From: an uncultured bacterium
GTDB taxonomy: Bacteria > Acidobacteriota > Aminicenantia > Aminicenantales > Saccharicenantaceae
Assembly (NCBI GenBank): GCA_963827635.1
Contig: CAWHBV010000009.1
Coordinates: forward strand, 394,548-458,547
DNA length: 64,000 nucleotides
Reading direction: 5' to 3'
Shown in pieces: positions 31,411-41,657 of the stretch. The stretch's first letter is position 1; every line of letters starts with the position of its first letter. The translations under genes were made by a program, and so were the position numbers. The notes below the pieces were generated by a model that saw nothing but the letters and a program-made list of their open reading frames with translations, had not been told where the DNA came from and did not search any database.

Positions 31411-33738
31411 ATGAGACAACGACTTCAGCGTTTCACCCGGCCGCTGGCCATCGGGGCCGCGGCGGCCCTCCTATTACCGCTCCTGGCGGCGTCCCTCCCG
31501 GCCGCCCCCCGGGCCCGGTACCTGGCCTACGCCCGGTCGTCCGCCGACTGGACCTACGCCCACAGGGACGAGCTCATCGCCCAATGGAAGAAGACGTTCG
31601 ATCCCCTCAACGTCTTCGGCTACCGGGCCCCGGGCGGACTCCTCGAGATGGCCGTCATCTACGCCTATCTCTACGAAAAGGAGAAAAAGCCGGAATACGC
31701 CGCCCGGGCCAAGGAGGTCCTCCTGACCTACGGCGACTACCGGTCCGCCTACCCCGAATCGTCGATCGCGCTCAGGTCCGACTACGCGGGGGGCGGCGTC
31801 CCGGCCCTGCCGGACTTCTTCACGACCATGCGCTACATCCGGACCTACGACACCCTCCGCCGCCTCGGCCGTCTCTCCCCCGCCGAAAAGGACAAGGCCT
31901 CGGACCTCATCGCCGGGAGCATGCGCTACCTTCTGCGGACCGCGGAATGGGGCCCCATGAACCGTTCGGCGCTCCGGGCCGAGTCGCTGGCCTGGGCCGT
32001 GCGGGCCCTGCCCGAGCACCCCGACGCCGGCCGCTGGGAGATGCAGAGACGGGCCCTCGGCGACGACAACTGGGGCAACTGGCAGATCGAGGACGCCACC
32101 ATCTACAACGGGGTCTGGCTCTATTCCCTGCTCGGCTACGCCGACGCCCTCGACCGGATCGCCGCGATGTTCGCGACGCCGGAGATGTATTACTACTCCC
32201 GATATTACGTGAACCTGATGTGTCCCGCCGGGATGGTCCCCGACCTCGGCGACGCCCACTGGACCTCCAACTGGAACCACTTCCTCGTCTTCTTCGAGGC
32301 CGCCGCGGCGGCCCTCGGCGATCCCGGCTGCAAGTGGGCGGCCGAGACGATCGCGGCCAAGTTCGTCGACTTCGCCAAGCCGACGAGCGCCGGGCTCGGG
32401 GCCATGCTCCTCGACGCCTACCGCTGGGGCTCGGATGCGGTCGAGGCCGCTCCGCCCGCCGGCCTGTCCATGGAGGTCATGGAGGACGTCCAGGGCAAGA
32501 AGATCGTCTTCCGCAACGGCTGGTCGCCGCTTTCGAGCTACCTCCTGCTCAACTACCGGGACGAGGGCGACGGCGGGCTCAACTTCCGCGATTACCTCCG
32601 CGACACCATCCCCGTCGAGGAGGAGAAGATGACCCACGGCCACGCCGACGAGAACAGCCTCGTCCTGCTGATGTCGGGCGGGTCGGTCCTCCTCCACGAC
32701 GGCGGCTACCGCGACTACATGCCGTCGGGGCCCTACGGGGCCTACCGCCAGGACTACTTCCACAACCGCCTCTGCGTCCGGCCGGAGAAGATCTTCTGGG
32801 GGCAGGGGCCGGGAGAGTTCCGCTACAGCGTCCGGGACGCGGTCCCGGGCCAGCCCCTGCTCGAGTTCATGCGCAACGCCGGGAGCTACCGCGAGGTCCG
32901 GACGCGGAAGGTCGACTTCCTGACCTTCGACGATTTCGACTACAGCCGGACGCGCGTCGTCGACGACGGCTGGGGCTATCAGGCCGACCGGGTCGTCGTC
33001 CATGTCAAGGACCCGGAGTGCTACGTCGTCTTCGACGTTTTCAAAGCGCTGCGCGAGGACTACTTCACGCTCGGCTCCTTCTGGCATACCCGGCAGGTCC
33101 ACGCCCGGGGCGAGCACTGGTACGACACGGGCTACGACCGCATCCAGAACGCCGTCCTGCCCCAGGACAAGCGCCTGCTCATCCTCTTCCCGTCGACGGA
33201 GCCCCGGATGGAAGGCGTCGAGCCGGAAAAGCGTCACTATCAGGACGAGTGGCTCGTCCACCAGTCCTGGGCCCAGCACTTCGAGCTCGGCGAGACCTGC
33301 GCCTTCGTCACGGTCCTCGTTCCGCACGCGGCCGGCGAGCCCGCCTCGGACTGGATCGGCCGCGTCACCGCCCTCCCCGCCGAGCCGTCGCGGGGCGCGA
33401 TCGGCGTCGCGATCAAGGCCGGCGACCGGGAGATCGTCGTCGGCGTCAAGAACGACCTGCGGCAGGACATGAGCCGCGACCACAGACGGCCCCGCTACAC
33501 CTACGAAGCGGGCCGGATCAAGCTCGGCGCCTTCGAGACGGACGGAGACTTCGTCTTCGGGGCCGCGCGCGGCGGGACGCTCGACTATACCATCGTCAAC
33601 CTGACCAAGGCGCTCTACGGGGGCAAGACGCTCGTCGCGGCCGAGGAAGAGCAGCACGGGCTCGGCTACGACGCGCTGCCGGACCGCGGCGGCTTCGGCA
33701 AGATGAGATACTGGCGGGAAAAAGGGGTCGCGAGGTAG
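31411..33738 (+). CDS. Exported heparinase II/III-like (polysaccharide lyase-like) protein
   Basis: Intact 775 aa with signal peptide; helical N-terminal half; PDLGD, HGHADENSLVL, LLHDGGY, HN motifs of the heparinase II/III C-terminal domain. Confidence 0.6.
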   Translation: MRQRLQRFTRPLAIGAAAALLLPLLAASLPAAPRARYLAYARSSADWTYAHRDELIAQWKKTFDPLNVFGYRAPGGLLEMAVIYAYLYEKEKKPEYAARAKEVLLTYGDYRSAYPESSIALRSDYAGGGVPALPDFFTTMRYIRTYDTLRRLGRLSPAEKDKASDLIAGSMRYLLRTAEWGPMNRSALRAESLAWAVRALPEHPDAGRWEMQRRALGDDNWGNWQIEDATIYNGVWLYSLLGYADALDRIAAMFATPEMYYYSRYYVNLMCPAGMVPDLGDAHWTSNWNHFLVFFEAAAAALGDPGCKWAAETIAAKFVDFAKPTSAGLGAMLLDAYRWGSDAVEAAPPAGLSMEVMEDVQGKKIVFRNGWSPLSSYLLLNYRDEGDGGLNFRDYLRDTIPVEEEKMTHGHADENSLVLLMSGGSVLLHDGGYRDYMPSGPYGAYRQDYFHNRLCVRPEKIFWGQGPGEFRYSVRDAVPGQPLLEFMRNAGSYREVRTRKVDFLTFDDFDYSRTRVVDDGWGYQADRVVVHVKDPECYVVFDVFKALREDYFTLGSFWHTRQVHARGEHWYDTGYDRIQNAVLPQDKRLLILFPSTEPRMEGVEPEKRHYQDEWLVHQSWAQHFELGETCAFVTVLVPHAAGEPASDWIGRVTALPAEPSRGAIGVAIKAGDREIVVGVKNDLRQDMSRDHRRPRYTYEAGRIKLGAFETDGDFVFGAARGGTLDYTIVNLTKALYGGKTLVAAEEEQHGLGYDALPDRGGFGKMRYWREKGVAR

Positions 33739-33744
33739 GCGCGG

Positions 33745-34266
33745 TCAGAGCGGCAGGCCCTGCTGCTTGCGCTGGGCCGTTTTCTGGAGCTCCTGGCCCT
33801 CGGCGACCAGGCCGGCCAGCCGGTCGAGGGCCATGCGGATCTTGATGTTGGCCAGCTTGCGCTTGCCCGATCTCTGGGTCTCGTAGCGTTCCCGGACGTA
33901 GGCGTCGATCTCCTCCGGCGACATGAGGGTCTTGAGGAAATCGTCGGCGAGGAGTTCCTCGCGCAGTTCTTCGGCCGTCTGGCCCCTGACGATGATCCGG
34001 TTCTCGACGAGCGCGTTGGTCCGTTGCTTCTCGAAGTCCGGAGGGGCGTAGATCGGGATGGGGCCGAGGAGCTTCTTGGCGTCCAGGATGGTCCGGTCGT
34101 AAAAGGCCTTCCCCTCCTTGAGCAGGTTGCGGGCCTTGTAATACTCGGGGGCGTTGGCGGCGACGTGGCTCTCGAGATAGCCCTTGAAGGTCTGGATGGC
34201 TTCGGAGAGGACGGCGTAAGAACGGGATGCCCGGATGAATATTTCGCGCTCGATCTGGACCTGCAT
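33745..34266 (-). CDS. Hypothetical helical cytoplasmic protein (173 aa)
   Basis: Intact ORF with host-like codon bias and its own promoter; no recognisable motif. Confidence 0.75.
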   Translation of the reverse strand: MQVQIEREIFIRASRSYAVLSEAIQTFKGYLESHVAANAPEYYKARNLLKEGKAFYDRTILDAKKLLGPIPIYAPPDFEKQRTNALVENRIIVRGQTAEELREELLADDFLKTLMSPEEIDAYVRERYETQRSGKRKLANIKIRMALDRLAGLVAEGQELQKTAQRKQQGLPL

Positions 34267-34286
34267 GATCCGTGAACCTTGGCGGG

Positions 34287-34315
34287 ACGATAGCACAGGC
34301 CCCGGGCCGTGTCAA
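34287..34315 (-). promoter_or_regulatory. Sigma70 promoter with extended -10
   Basis: TTGACA-17 nt-TATCGT preceded by TG. Confidence 0.65.
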
Positions 34316-34320
34316 AGCCT

Positions 34321-35536
34321 TTATCGGGCCCGGATCGCGGCGGCGACGACGTTGGCGACCTTGCTGCGCATGGCGATGATGTCGCCCTTGTCGTCGGGGT
34401 GGACCCGGTTGGTCAGGAAGACGACCGAGGTCGAGGTCTCGGGGTCGATCCAGACGGAAGTCCCGGTGTAGCCCGTGTGACCGTACGACCGCGGCCCGAA
34501 GAGGTCCCCGCCGTTGGTCGAGTAATCCGTCTCGAGGTCCCAGCCGAGGCCGCGGCCGAACTCCCCGTACAGGGGGAAGATCTCGGTCATGCGCTCGACC
34601 GTGAGCGGCGCGAGGACGCGCACGCCGTTCCCCTGCCCCTTGTCGAGGAGCATCTGGGCGAAGACGGCCAGGTCGTCGGCCGTGGAGAACAGCCCCGCGT
34701 TGCCGGAGATACCGCCCTGGAGACGGGCCAGGGGGTCGTGGACGACGCCGCGGAGGGGCCGGCCGTCGACGACCTCGGTCGGGACGCAGGCGTCGATCAG
34801 GGCGGCCGGCGGCCGGTAGAACGTCCGGGTCATGCCCGAGCGGCTTGAAGATATTCGCCTCGGCGAATTCGGCCACGGTCATCCCCGAGACCTTGTGGAC
34901 GATATGGGCCAGGGTGATGTAGTTGAGACAGCTGTAGACGAATTCCGTTCCGACCGGGCGCTCCTTGGGGATCGCGGCGATCAGCCCGACGAGGTCGGCG
35001 GTCGTGCAGGGATCGCCCAGCTTCTTCGCCGCCTCCTTGGCGTCCGTGTAGGGCGGGAGCCCGGAGGTGTGGGTCAGCAGGTGGAAGAGCCGCGCTTCCT
35101 CGCCGGGCCGGCCCTTCTCGCCGTACCAGGTCGCGAAGCCGGGGACGTAGGCGCTGACCCGGTCCCACAGGCGTATCCGGCCGCGTTCGACGAGCAGCAT
35201 GACCGACGTCGCCGTCGCCACCGGCTTGGTGACCGAAGCCTGGTCGAAGATCATGTCCGGGGTGAGAGGCCGGGGCTCCGGAACGGTCTGGGACAGTCCG
35301 AAGGCCTTCCGGTAGACGATCTTGCCCTTGCGGGCGACGACGACGACGGCCCCGGGGAAATCCTTCCGGGCGATCGCGGCCTCCTCGATCAAGCCGTCGA
35401 GGAGGGCCAGATGACTCGAGGACATGCCGACGCTCTCCGGCTTGGCCGGGGGCAGGCCCGCCCCCGATGAAGGAACTGCGGCGGAGAGGGCCAGAAGGGC
35501 CAGGACCGCCGCGATGACGAATTTGCGCATGATCAT
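34321..35536 (-). CDS. Exported serine hydrolase, beta-lactamase class C/AmpC-like family, frameshifted
   Basis: ASVTK (SxxK), HLLTHTSGLP, YSCLNY, GVVHDP, GNAGLFSTADDL, GHTGYTG, LTNRVHP. Confidence 0.88.
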
Positions 35537-35541
35537 CCCCC

Positions 35542-36682
35542 TCACTTGGCCGCGGGACCGGGAGGGGCCTCCTTCCAGACGAGTCCGTCCTGCCGGATGT
35601 GCCAGCTCTCCCCCGTCTTGGCCCTGTAGACCGCCTCGAAGAGGCTCGGTGTCGTGCGGATCTCGGGCGGGAACGACCAGCCCTTGATCTTCAGGTCCGC
35701 GTCCTTCCCGAGGCCGAGGGCCTCGAGGCTGTCGACGAAGCCCGGCATCTCGAAGTCGCGGGCCCGCTCGGCGTAGTATATCTTGCGCAGGGCGGACTTC
35801 ACTTTCTCCTCGGGCCGGCGCACGAACTTCTCCTTGCCCTTGCCGGGGAGCTTCGACGAGAACTGGACGTAGCTCCACATCTCCGGGTAGTGGATGTTGA
35901 CGACGCCCTGCGGCGCCCAGGTCCAGTTGTCCTCCGGCAGGGGCTGGCCGGTCCCGGCGTCCTTCGTCTTGGCGTAGGTCCCGCCCCGGGTCTCCAGCCA
36001 ATACTCGACCCGGGAGAAATTGACGCGCCACTGCTCGCCCGGGGCCGGGCGTTCGGGCTTGCCCGGGATGCACTCCTTGAGGACGGCGAAGGGCAGCGCG
36101 ATCTCGACCGTCCAGGCCTTGTCCGTGTCGGACGGGTCGTTCAGCGTGCCCATGAGGTGGACGCCCGTCTTGAGCCCCTGGATGTCCCAGGCGTGGACGG
36201 CCGGCCCGCCGTCGCGGTAGGGCTTGACGAGGAGGAGGTCCCAGACCGTGTTCAGGGCGTTCATCTCCAGCTCGTAATAATTGTGGGTGTCTCCGTCGGG
36301 ATCGATGAAGACCTCGAAGTCGTTGTCCTGGAAGATGATGGAATCCCTCTCGGTCAGGGTGGCCCAGAGATGGGGCTCCTCGAGGTAGGCCCCGATGTAG
36401 AAATAGGTGTCGTCCCAGAGCATCTGGACGCGGGTCCTGTGGCGCGGGGCCGGTTTCGAAGGCCCCTCGATGTCGCCGAAGACTTCGGTCCATTCGGCGT
36501 CGGCCCAAGCGGATTCGTCGAGGCGGCCGTCGACCGTCGATCGGGCCGGGCGCACGCCGGCAGACGTACTCCGACGGGGCGAACGCGGTCTTGGGCTGGG
36601 GGATGGCGACCCGGGGCACGACGGCGGCGGCCGCCGCGGCCGATATCAGCAGGATGCCGGCGGGAACGAGCTTGGAACGCAT
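35542..36682 (-). CDS. Exported carbohydrate-binding family 9-like protein, frameshift ~36540
   Basis: VDGRLDESAW, MLWDDTYFY, DNDFEVFIDPDGD, YYELEMNA, WTVEIALP, WRVNFSRV. Confidence 0.82.
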
Positions 36683-36703
36683 GCGCAAAGCCTCCTCTTT
36701 GAC

Positions 36704-37202
36704 CTAGAGTTCCAGCCAGCGGACGTCGTTGCCGCGCGCGGCCAGGAACTTCTCGAAATCGGCGAAGGCGATCTCCAGGGTCGCCGTGTTGACGTTCGGA
36801 TGGAAGCCCAGGGCGGCGCTCGACCGGAGGGCCTCGTCGCAGACGACCCGGACGTGATGCGTCCCGTCGTTGATCAGGCCGAACGGCGAGACCGAGCCGG
36901 GCTCGACGCCGAGCCAGCGCCGCAGCCGTTCCGGCGAGGCGAAGCTGAGCCTGTCCTCGCCGAGCGCCGCGTTGAGCCGCTTCAGATCGATGCCCCGGGT
37001 GACGGGCGGCGATGACGAGGTAGTGTCGATTCCCCTTGTAGTTGCGCAGGAACAGATTCTTGCAGTGCGTGCCCTTGAGATCCGCCCAGTGCTTTTCGGC
37101 CTCCTCGACCGTCGCCACGGGAGGGTGCTCGTGGCGGACATAGGGGATGCCGAGTCCGTCCAGCTCTTCGAGGACCTTGCGTTCGATCTCGGCCACGGCC
37201 AC
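36704..37202 (-). CDS. YbaK/ProXp-ala (PrdX)-type aminoacyl-tRNA deacylase, frameshift ~37005
   Basis: HPPVATVEEA, CKNLFL, LSFAS, LGVEPGSVSPFGLIND, FHPNVNTAT; GTG start after GAGGAG. Confidence 0.88.
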
Positions 37203-37346
37203 GGTCGGACTCCTCTCTTCGGCGATCCCGTCAGCAGACACTTTAGAACAAAGGACCGGCGGCGCGCAAGCCTGATGCCGGCAGGCTGAGGTCCGTTCGG
37301 CCGCCCGGGGTATTCTCCCGCCGTCGGATACGCTAGAATACGGCCC

Positions 37347-38433
37347 ATGAGCATCCTCTTCACGCCCATCGCGGTCGGCTCCCTCACCGTCCCCAACCGT
37401 TTCGTTCGCTCGGCCACCCACGACTACATGTCCGACGACGAAGGACATGTCCGGGACGCCGGGGTCGAGCTCTTCGCCCGCCTGGCCGAAGGCGAGGTCG
37501 GGCTCATCGTCACCGGGCACGCCAACGTCCAGCCCTCGGGCAAGGCCAGCCCGCGCCAGATGGGCGTCTACGACGACCGCTTCGTCGCGGGCCTCGCCCG
37601 GATCACCGAGGCGGTCCACCGCTTCCCGTCGAAGGTGTTTCTCCAGATCGCCCATGCCGGCCGCCAGACGAAAGAGCGCGACTGCGGCACGGTCCCCGTC
37701 TCCCCTTCCGCCGTCTACGACCCCGTCTCCAAGGTCATGCCGAGGGAGCTTGCGGCCGGAGAGGTCCGGACGCTCATCGACGATTTCGTCTCCGCCGCGG
37801 ACCGGGCCAGGAGGGCCGGATTCGACGGCGTCCAGCTCCACGCCGCCCACGGCTATCTCCTCTCGAGCTTCCTTTCGCCGCACACGAACCGGCGGACGGA
37901 CGAGTGGGGCGGCCCGGTCGAGAACCGGGCCCGTCCGCTGCTCGAGATCCTCCGCGGCGTCAAGACCGCCTGCGGCCGGGATTTCCCGGTCATGGTCAAG
38001 CTGAACTCGACGGACTTCCTGCCCGGCGGCCTCGCGATCGACGACGCCGTCCGCGTCGCCGTCATGCTCGAGGCCGACGGCATCGACGCGATCGAGGTGA
38101 GCGGCGGCATGGCCGAGGCCGGACGGGGCTCGGTCTGGCCGGGACTCAGAAGCGAGGCGGAGGAGGGCTATTTCATCGAGAACGCGGCCAGGATCAAGCG
38201 GGCCGTTCGCGTTCCCGTCTCCGGGCTGGGAGGCATCCGGACGCTGGCCGTGGCCGAGCGGGCCGTCCGTGACGGCCTGGTCGACCTCATCTCGCTCAGC
38301 CGGCCCCTCATCCGCGATCCCTTCCTGGTGAAGCACTTCCGGGAGGGCCTGGCGGCGAAGTCCGAGTGCAGCTCCTGCAACAAGTGTTTCAATCCGCGCG
38401 GCATCCGCTGCGCCGAGCTCAGAGAAACGCTGA
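37347..38433 (+). CDS. NADH:flavin oxidoreductase (Old Yellow Enzyme family)
   Basis: NRFVRSATHD, QIAHAGRQ, AGFDGVQLHAAHGYLLSSFLSP, NRRTDEWGG, C-terminal CSSCNKC; true stop probably ~38433 (ORF track reads through to 38540). Confidence 0.92.
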
Positions 38434-39491
38434 GGCCGAGGTCCCTCGCCGCCGCCTCCATCAGGATGAAGAAAGCCTGGCCTTCGGTCGCCGTTCCCGG
38501 CTTCTCGAAGGTCGGCGAACCGCAGACGTCCCGGACGTAGCCGAGCCGGTCGACCTTGCGGCGCGCGGCCTCGCGCATGATCCGGGCCTCCTCGAGGTAC
38601 GGTTTCGCCAGCCAGCCGCCCTTGACGCCGCGGAAGATCGTGTACGACAGCATCTGGCCGAGGTTGGTCTCGACGAACGTCTTCGGGTCGTCGACGACGT
38701 CGTGGAAGAGGCCGTCGGAACGGCGGTGCTTCAGGCAGCCGTCGAGGACTTCGCGGACGTACCCGGCGAGCCGCTTCCGCTCGGTCCGCATGCCGTCGGG
38801 CAGAGCGCGAATGACCCGGGCCAGGCCGGCCGCGGCCCAGCCGTTCCCGACGCCCCAGAAGGCTTTTCTTTCGAAGGCTTTCTTGCCGTCGTCCCAGATG
38901 TGGGAGTAAAGCTTGGCCGGCTTGTTCCAGAGGATCCGTCGGAATCCCTCGATCTGCTTCACGGCCTCGGCCTGCGCGCCCGCGACGGCGAGGAAAGGAG
39001 GGGCCATGTACATCGAATCGACCCAGACCTGGGGTTTGTGGTCGATGTGATGGAAGGTCCCGTCGGCCGTCCGGGGCGCGGTCTTCAGGAGGTAGGAGAG
39101 CATGCGGTCGGCGGCCTCCCGGAATTTGGGATCCCCGGTGGCCTCGGCCGCGAACAGAACGCCCTCACCGTTGGCGCCCGGGTCGGTGACGCCATGGTTG
39201 TCGGAGACCATACCCAGGCGGCCGTCCTGATAGATGCGCAGGACCGCTCCGTGGGCCATCCGGACGACCGCGTCGCGGTCGCCCCATTCGAGCAGGGCCT
39301 GCATGGCCACCCCCTGCTCCCAGGCCTCCCGCTGCATGGCCAGCATGGCGGATATGACCTTCCCGACCAGTCCCGTCCCGTCCCGGTCCGGACTGGACCG
39401 CCGACAGAGCGGTCTCCGCGCCGATCGCCGCGAGCGCCGCCGATACCGCTCCCGCGGTCGCGATGTCCTTCAAGGCTTGCCGTCTGTTCAT
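38419..39491 (-). CDS. Tat-exported GH88/GH105 unsaturated glycuronyl hydrolase-like protein, frameshifted
   Basis: MNRRQALK twin-arginine-like signal; WEQGV, VWVDSMYMAPPFLA, FWGVGNGW, DGLFHDVVD; true stop probably ~38419. Confidence 0.82.
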
Positions 39492-39644
39492 GGGTTTCCC
39501 TCCTCGCCGGTCCGGTCTGCGCGACCGGACGCCGCGGCAGGGATTCTAAACCAGGTGCGGCGGATCCGCAACCCCCGGGTGTGCGTCCCTCATTGCCAAG
39601 GCTACCGGCGTCGTGCTATCGTCCCGCCGAGGGAGGACAGACCC

Positions 39645-41268
39645 ATGCCGAAAAGAACCCTTCCGGCCGTCGCTCTCGCCGGCCTGCTCGCTTTCGCCTG
39701 CGGCTGCGACAAGCCGGCCGCGTCCGACGAGCCGACGCCGGTCCGCCTGGTCTTCAACGTCAAGGACTACGGCGCGACGGGGATCAAGGAAGATCTGGCC
39801 CAGGAGGCCATCCAGAAGGCCGTCGACGCCTGCGCCGCCGGGGGCGGAGGCACGGTCCTCTTCCCGCCCGGCGATTACACGTCGGGCACCATCCACCTGC
39901 GCAGCCGCGTCCGGCTCTACCTCGAAGGCGGGGCCACGGTCCACTCCCTGCACGACAAATCCCGCTTCGACAAGGACGCCCTCCTCTACGGCGAGGACCT
40001 CGCCGGGGTCACCGATCGAGGGGCGCGGCACCTTCGACGGCGGCGGCGCCTACGACCGGCGGCTCAAGGGCGATCACGAGGACGACTTCATCCGGCCGAA
40101 CCAGGTCGAGATGGAGAAACTCGGGCTGCCGCTGATGCGGTCCTTCCCCAAGCCCGACCGGACGGGCAAGATGGTCCTCCTCGTCCGCTGCACGGACGTC
40201 CGGATCGCCGGCGTCTCCTTCGTCGATTCGCCCTCCTGGACGATCCACCCCGTCCAATGCGAGCGGCTGGTCATCGACGGGGTCGCCATCCGCACCAGCC
40301 TCCGGGACGGCGTCTGGGCCGACGGCATCGATCCCGACGGGTGCCGGGACGTCCGGATCGCCAACTGCACCATCGAGACCGGCGACGACGCCCTGGTCTT
40401 CTATTCCATGGACTGGTTCGGCCCGGCCCGGCCGTGCGAGAACATCACGGTGACGAACTGCCGGCTGAGCTCGGCCTCGAGCGCGATCAAGTTCTGCGAC
40501 GGCAACATCGCCGGGATCCGCAACGTCACCGTCGACAACTGCGTCATCACCGCCTCGAACCGGGGCATCGCCTTCATGACCTTCGACGGCGGGGCCGTCG
40601 AGAACGTCGTCCTGTCCAACCTGACCATCGACACGGTCCGGTACGAGTGGTTCTGGTGGGGCGACGGCGAGCCTTTCCACTTCAACATCAAAAAGAGGAG
40701 CGAGGTCCACGCCGGCTGGCCCGCGGAAAAGGACCGGCCGGCCGGGGCCATCCGGAACGTCAAGATCCAGAACGTCATCGCCCGCGGCCACGGTTCGAGC
40801 GTCTGCAACGGCCATCCGGATTCGTGGCTCGAGGGCGTGTCCTTCGAGAACGTCAAGCTCGTCGTCGCCCACGATCCGCAGGCGCCCTACGACAAGGCCG
40901 TCCACGGGATCCTCTTCAGGCAGGCCCGCGACCTGAGGCTGCGCGACGTCGAGGTCGTCTGGGAGGAGCCGGGCTCGGAGAAATGGGAGAGCGCCTCGCC
41001 TTCGACGAGGTCGCCGATCTCGTCCTCGACGGCGTCTCCACCGTGCAGGCTCCGGGCAACGAGTCGGCCCCTGCGGTGCTCCTGAACCAGGTCGACTATG
41101 CCGTCGTCCGGGACTGCCGGGCGAAGACCGGGGACCGGGACCTTCCTCCTGTTCACGGGCGAAGGCACGAAGGACATCCTGCTCGAGAGGAACGATTTCC
41201 GGCGGGCCCGTCTTCCCTACTCTTTCGGGAACGGCGCTTCGCCGCAGGCTTTGAAGCTGGGCTATTGA
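39645..41268 (+). CDS. GH28-like parallel beta-helix lipoprotein, frameshifted
   Basis: Lipobox-like FACGC; FNVKDYGA, AIQKAVDAC, GGGTVLFPPG, SPSWTIHP, ADGIDPDGC, TGDDA. Confidence 0.8.
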
Positions 41269-41275
41269 GCGGAGC

Positions 41276-41575
41276 TCAGCGCCGGCCCAGGAAGAACATC
41301 AGGGCCGCCACGACGAGGACCAGCAGCATCAGGTAAAAGGTCCGCCGCCGCCGGGCCTCCACGAATTCCTCGGCCGCGGACGCGTCCAGGTAGAACGTCT
41401 CCGGAGCCCGGCCCGGCCGGAAGACGTCCTTGCCCTGCATCTTCCTGAAGATCAGGTCGGGCTTGACGCCCAGATCGGCCAGCGTCCGGGCGGTCTTGGC
41501 GTCGACGGCCCCGGCGTTCCGGAACTTCCTCATGTATTCGTTCTGCTTGATGATGACGCGGGCTTCGTTCCCCAT
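41276..41575 (-). CDS. Hypothetical 99-aa protein with a single C-terminal transmembrane helix
   Basis: Intact ORF; RRRR followed by TFYLMLLVLVVAALMFFLG; TATAAT at 41615-41620 and GGAAGGGGAG RBS. Confidence 0.75.
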   Translation of the reverse strand: MGNEARVIIKQNEYMRKFRNAGAVDAKTARTLADLGVKPDLIFRKMQGKDVFRPGRAPETFYLDASAAEEFVEARRRRTFYLMLLVLVVAALMFFLGRR

Positions 41576-41657
41576 AGGCTCTCCCCTTCCTGATCGTTAT
41601 TCTCGATCCCCCCCATTATAGCTCAACTCCGCGGGTTCGCTATGCTAAAATGCGGCC

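Noticed and set aside
31474-33657. Long antisense and alternate-frame ORFs (e.g. 31474..33657, 47726..50317, 19710..21845, 55078..56703)
   Set aside because: Shadow ORFs expected from high GC3 codon bias opposite real genes; they have no motifs, RBS or plausible composition.
34321-35536. Possible beta-lactamase resistance gene
   Set aside because: Motifs (GVVHDP, GHTGYTG, LTNRVHP) fit the broad esterase/amidase serine hydrolase group rather than AmpC, and there is no mobile context.
37203-37346. Possible T-box or riboswitch upstream of the tRNA deacylase gene
   Set aside because: Only a short hairpin (AGCCTG…CAGGCT) is present, upstream of the likely promoter; I see no T-box consensus or terminator, and the space is accounted for by divergent promoters.
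38168-38540. Apparent ~370-nt convergent overlap between the flavin oxidoreductase and GH88/105 ORFs
   Set aside because: Removing one A from the AAA in CTCAGAGAAACGCTGAG (~38425-38427) restores a TGA on both strands (…LRER* and …LSVL*), leaving a ~15-nt overlap. One homopolymer error explains both read-throughs.
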